Origin: a virus
Lineage: Duplodnaviria; Caudoviricetes
Virus record (IMG/VR): IMGVR_UViG_3300018481_000024
Coordinates: 1 to 59,362 of that record
Reading direction: 5' to 3' (one strand)
Length of the DNA: 59,362 bases
Shown here piece after piece: positions 55,802 to 59,362 of the stretch. Below the pieces are notes generated by a model. The model had not been told where the DNA came from, did no database searches, and saw only the letters and a list, made by a program, of their open reading frames with translations. Each line of letters begins with the position of its first letter. The first letter of the stretch is position 1. Made by a program: the position numbers and the translations under genes.

Positions 55802-58398
55802 CCCAGACCACTTTCGGAGGCGTCTATGAGGCGCAAGTGGTTACCGATAATGGGGATAATCTGCGCCTTGTTGTTCCTCAGGTATTTGGCGACACGCAGA
55901 TCACCTGTACAAGATGGCTCGGATCTACTCGTCCCACCGCCAGTGAACGGGGATACGTTTCCTTCATCGGCGGCGACGCTGCTTGGCCGGTCTGGATGGT
56001 TGTCGCAGCCGGAAGCGGCATTATCTCCAATGGGTCGACGGGGGGCACGGACGAGGTATGGACCGGTCCCGATGAACCCGGAGCTGAACTAGAGCTTTGG
56101 ATTGACACCACCACCAATCCAGCCATTCTCAAGTCTCAGATAAACGGTGTATGGACGATTGTCCCGACCCGAGGTCCCCAAGGTCTGCGGGGACCCACCG
56201 GTCACACGGGTGCAGATGGTCCCCAAGGTCCACCCGGCCCGACGGGTGCTACTGGTCAGACCGGAGCGGCCTCCACCGTGCCCGGTCCTCCCGGCGCGAC
56301 TGGTCCTGCTGGTCCCAAGGGTGACACGGGGGCTGCCTCGACAGTTCCCGGTCCTCCCGGTGCGACCGGACCGACAGGTCCCAAGGGTGATACCGGTGCC
56401 GCCTCGACAGTCCCCGGTCCCCAAGGACCGAAGGGCGATACCGGAACCACCGGAGCAACAGGAGCTGCCGGTCCAGTAGGCCCGGAAGGCCCGGAAGGCC
56501 CGGAAGGACCCAAGGGCGACACCGGCACTGGCGTGACCATGAAGGGCACGGTCACGACCCCACCCACCGGGACGCTCATCCCGCCGGGTGTCACTGACGC
56601 CGGTACCCCAGCAGATATCGGCGACTCGGTCGTCATCCAAGGGTCGGCCATCCCCGAGGAGAACTCTCACCTCTGGACATATACCGATATGGCTGGTGTA
56701 TGGACCGACATGGGGAAGCTCCAAGGTCCCGAAGGTCCACCCGGTGAGGACGCTGTACTTCCGCCCGAGACTGATGCGTTGGGCAACACCAGCTACGGCA
56801 TCAGCACCCTTGAAGTCGTCACGACCGGCGGGAAGAACTCGGCGCTGGGCCAGTTGGCTCTCGCAGCGGTGACCACGTCGAACAACAACGTCGCCGTCGG
56901 TTATCAGGCGTTGACCGCGGTGACCACGGGCCTGAACAACACGGCGGTCGGTTACCAGACAGGTCGCAACCTGACGACCGGAGGGGCGAACACCGCTGTC
57001 GGTTACGGTGCGATGAGTGGCACCGCTGCGGGGAGCACGGCGATCACGGCTGTTGGTCAGAGTGCCCTCAACAGGGTGACGGGAGCGAGCAACACGGCTC
57101 TCGGTGCCAACACCTCGTACATGCTCACGTCGGCGACGGGGAGCACGGCGGTCGGTACGTCGGCGCTGTACGCGCCGAAGGGTGTAGCCGGTAACGCCAC
57201 CACCACTGCCATCAACCACACGGCCTTGGGGTTCCAGACGGGAGCGTATTCGTCGCTGACGGGTGGCAACATCCTCGCTGTCGGGGTGAACGCCATCGCC
57301 CACACCGATGGCACGGCGCTCGGTATGGGCACCGAGGCACGAGGTGTTGGGTCGACGGCGCTCGGCTTCGGAGCCATCGCCGAACTCGACTACCTCATCA
57401 GGCTCGGCGGAACGTCGATCACGAAGCTCGCGACGTACGCACCGACGATGGAGTTTCAGTACGGACCGGGAGCAGCGGCGTACACCAACTCGATAGTCAA
57501 CGTGCATTCGGGTACGTCGGCGAACCACGCGATGCTGTTCAAGCTGCGGTCGAACAGCATCGAGAAGACGCTGATGGAGTTGATCCACGACGGTCGGGTG
57601 AAGTTCCCGAACGGGCAGGCGTCCTTCGGCGTGACCCACACCCTCCCGCCGCCGGGGCAGCTACAGATCGGGCAGGCCACGCAGGGTGCTACGGCGCTGT
57701 CGATGGGAATGCCCGCCGACTACGGCTACCGGCTCGACATCAACACGACGTGGAGCGGCACGACCCCCGAAGCCAACTGGGCTGAGTTCAAGATCTGGTC
57801 GATGGCCCAGCCCGGTCTGTCGGTGATGAAGATCGTCGGCACTGGTTACCTTGAACTGGCGCGTGACCCGATCAGCCCGATGGGTGCTGCAACCAAGCAG
57901 TACGTCGACACGGCGGTCGCCGGGGCTACCGGTACCGAAGAGGTGGCGGTAGGACCGGACGATCCCGGCGGCACCTTCGACATCTGGTACGACACGGATG
58001 ATGTAGCTCCTCCGTTTCCCTCGATGTGGTCTGAACCCGGCACCCTGACGAGGCCGACAACGGGAGCCGCCATCGACACGACGTGGGGCCAAGCCGTCCA
58101 CGACAAGGTGTTCGCGAAACCCGTCATGGTTCACGCGGCCTACACGGCTGTCACCAACGGGGCAGGATCGTTCACGGTGCCCATAGCGTCGTTCGCTCCC
58201 GGCCTGTCAACGGTCACCGGGTGGGTCACCGATTGCTATGCGAACGACCCTAATAAATACCTGAGGGTCACCACGGCTCGTAAAACGACGGAGACATGGG
58301 AATGTGTCTTCGAGTGGTCGACCGGTGTCGGCGGTTGGAACTTGCTCACCGGTTGGGGCTGCACCCTGTATGTCATCGCGTGGGGGACACCGGCATGA
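55798..58398 (+). CDS. Gp5/gpV-type OB-fold spike domain fused to collagen, YadA-like head and fibre modules
   Basis: N-terminal [12 protein letters not shown]...[12 protein letters not shown]....[13 protein letters not shown]; Gly-X-Y run; NTA(V/L)G repeats; ATKQYVD. Confidence 0.75.
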   Translation: MTQTTFGGVYEAQVVTDNGDNLRLVVPQVFGDTQITCTRWLGSTRPTASERGYVSFIGGDAAWPVWMVVAAGSGIISNGSTGGTDEVWTGPDEPGAELELWIDTTTNPAILKSQINGVWTIVPTRGPQGLRGPTGHTGADGPQGPPGPTGATGQTGAASTVPGPPGATGPAGPKGDTGAASTVPGPPGATGPTGPKGDTGAASTVPGPQGPKGDTGTTGATGAAGPVGPEGPEGPEGPKGDTGTGVTMKGTVTTPPTGTLIPPGVTDAGTPADIGDSVVIQGSAIPEENSHLWTYTDMAGVWTDMGKLQGPEGPPGEDAVLPPETDALGNTSYGISTLEVVTTGGKNSALGQLALAAVTTSNNNVAVGYQALTAVTTGLNNTAVGYQTGRNLTTGGANTAVGYGAMSGTAAGSTAITAVGQSALNRVTGASNTALGANTSYMLTSATGSTAVGTSALYAPKGVAGNATTTAINHTALGFQTGAYSSLTGGNILAVGVNAIAHTDGTALGMGTEARGVGSTALGFGAIAELDYLIRLGGTSITKLATYAPTMEFQYGPGAAAYTNSIVNVHSGTSANHAMLFKLRSNSIEKTLMELIHDGRVKFPNGQASFGVTHTLPPPGQLQIGQATQGATALSMGMPADYGYRLDINTTWSGTTPEANWAEFKIWSMAQPGLSVMKIVGTGYLELARDPISPMGAATKQYVDTAVAGATGTEEVAVGPDDPGGTFDIWYDTDDVAPPFPSMWSEPGTLTRPTTGAAIDTTWGQAVHDKVFAKPVMVHAAYTAVTNGAGSFTVPIASFAPGLSTVTGWVTDCYANDPNKYLRVTTARKTTETWECVFEWSTGVGGWNLLTGWGCTLYVIAWGTPA

Positions 58399-58408
58399 GG
58401 AGCAACTG

Positions 58409-58981
58409 ATGGGCACCCTCAAGGTGAAGGTCAACGGTGAGTGGGTCGCCGTTGGTGGTAGTGCGCCGGGACCCCCCACCGGATCGATGTCGGCTTTCGC
58501 TGCTGCGGTAGCCCCACCGGGTTGGCTCATCTGTGACGGTGCTGCCGTGAGTCGCACCACCTTCCCCGAACTCTTCGCCGTCATCGGAGTGACGTGGGGT
58601 GCCGGTGATGGGTCCACGACCTTCACGCTGCCGAACCTCAAGGGACGGGTGCCGGTCGGCATGGACGACACCGTGACCGAGTTCAACACCTTCGCCAAGA
58701 TCGGTGGGTCGGTCGCTGTCGTGCTCAGCGTGAACGATCTCCCTGCCCACAACCACTACAACCCGGATCACAACCACGTCATGAAGACGAGGGATTATGA
58801 CTTCGGTTCCAACCCCGGTGCTGGTGGTGCATGGACGGCGTTGGGAGCGAATGCCACCTTTGAGCGGACCAGCGATCTCGCGTACAACAGTGGTGCGTCA
58901 TGGAGTGGTAACACCGGGGCCGACTGGGGTCACGCCAACGTCCAGCCCTATGCCACCATGCACTGGATCATCAAGATCTGA
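58409..58981 (+). CDS. Tail-collar-domain protein
   Basis: GAGGAG RBS; PTGSM.AFA...APPGWLICDGAAVSRTTFPELFAVIG...GAGDGSTTF.LPNL.GRVPVG..H.NVQPY....WIIK. Confidence 0.88.
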   Translation: MGTLKVKVNGEWVAVGGSAPGPPTGSMSAFAAAVAPPGWLICDGAAVSRTTFPELFAVIGVTWGAGDGSTTFTLPNLKGRVPVGMDDTVTEFNTFAKIGGSVAVVLSVNDLPAHNHYNPDHNHVMKTRDYDFGSNPGAGGAWTALGANATFERTSDLAYNSGASWSGNTGADWGHANVQPYATMHWIIKI

Positions 58982-58993
58982 CCGGAGGTCAAC

Positions 58994-59179
58994 ATGTGGA
59001 ACAAGTACGCATATCAGCCGCCGAAGATCGATCCGTACCAGACTGCCGAGGACATCCCCGAGGGTCAGGTCGGGGGTCCGGGCGTTCCCGGCGTCGCCGA
59101 GAGCAGTCCCGTGCCCGGTAGTGTCGGCGGCGCTCCAGAGGGCACCGTGCCGCCAGACCCATTGATGGAGGATGAATGA
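58994..59179 (+). CDS. Small Pro/Gly-rich hypothetical protein
   Basis: GGAGG RBS; 61 aa. Confidence 0.5.
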   Translation: MWNKYAYQPPKIDPYQTAEDIPEGQVGGPGVPGVAESSPVPGSVGGAPEGTVPPDPLMEDE

Positions 59180-59362
59180 GCACGAACAACGAAGAGATCC
59201 CGGCTCTCGCAGTCATCGAGGGATATAGGAAGCACCTCGCCGAGGCGACCGAGGAGAACCTGATCCTCCGGTGGCAGGTGCAGCAGAAGGACGAGCAGAT
59301 CGCGCAGCTCGTCGCCGCCTTGGAGCAGCAGGGCAGCACGAACGGCAGCGCCGCGAAGGCAG
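59176..59362 (+). CDS. Coiled-coil protein, 3'-truncated
   Basis: GGAGG RBS and ATGA overlap; MSTNNEEIPALAVIEGYRKHLAEATEENLILRWQVQQKDEQIAQL runs off the window. Confidence 0.6.
   Translation, partial: MSTNNEEIPALAVIEGYRKHLAEATEENLILRWQVQQKDEQIAQLVAALEQQGSTNGSAAKA

Noticed and set aside
4777-56530. Shared GA(D/A)STVPGP units in three collagen genes as a novel repeat family
   Set aside because: This interruption is common in phage collagen-like proteins; it is recorded only as part of the fibre features
4240-58981. Diversity-generating retroelement or invertase-driven fibre switching
   Set aside because: No reverse transcriptase, no adenine-specific template/variable repeat pair, and no site-specific recombinase or inverted fibre cassette seen in this window

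Overview
A 59 kb slice of a large, GC-rich myovirus (contractile-tailed phage), probably infecting an actinobacterium. Gene content and order resemble Bxz1/BRock/E3-type actinophage myoviruses; this is recognition by eye, not a database result. 1-32.3 kb (+): capsid C-terminus, decoration and fibre genes, neck, sheath, tube, chaperone, tape measure with two peptidoglycan-hydrolase domains, and baseplate. 32.3-36.1 kb (+): lysis cassette with two fibre-like genes inserted. 36.1-40.7 kb (-): initiator-like wHTH, degenerate DnaC, DnaB and primase. 40.9-55.8 kb (+): early/middle genes, including an SLT lipoprotein, a candidate ncRNA, SNF2, MerR-like HTH, gp32-like SSB, PolA, RecA, two resolvase-like nucleases, a Cas4-like exonuclease and SpoVS. 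55.8-59.4 kb (+): a second structural island. Main observations: (1) a gapped palindrome CCTGAN-N10/11-NTCAGG with A/T flanks is dispersed across the whole window, inside genes and just upstream of promoters; (2) the gp5/gpV spike gene is missing from the baseplate operon and reappears about 31 kb downstream, fused to a collagen stalk and a YadA-like head; (3) a promoter- and terminator-bounded multi-hairpin RNA lies at about 43.34-43.49 kb; (4) the tail chaperone probably uses a +1 frameshift; (5) DnaC-like and NlpC/P60-like proteins appear catalytically dead; (6) a stand-alone lipoprotein carries a copy of the tape-measure SLT domain. All protein calls are motif recognition by eye and need HMM or structure confirmation.
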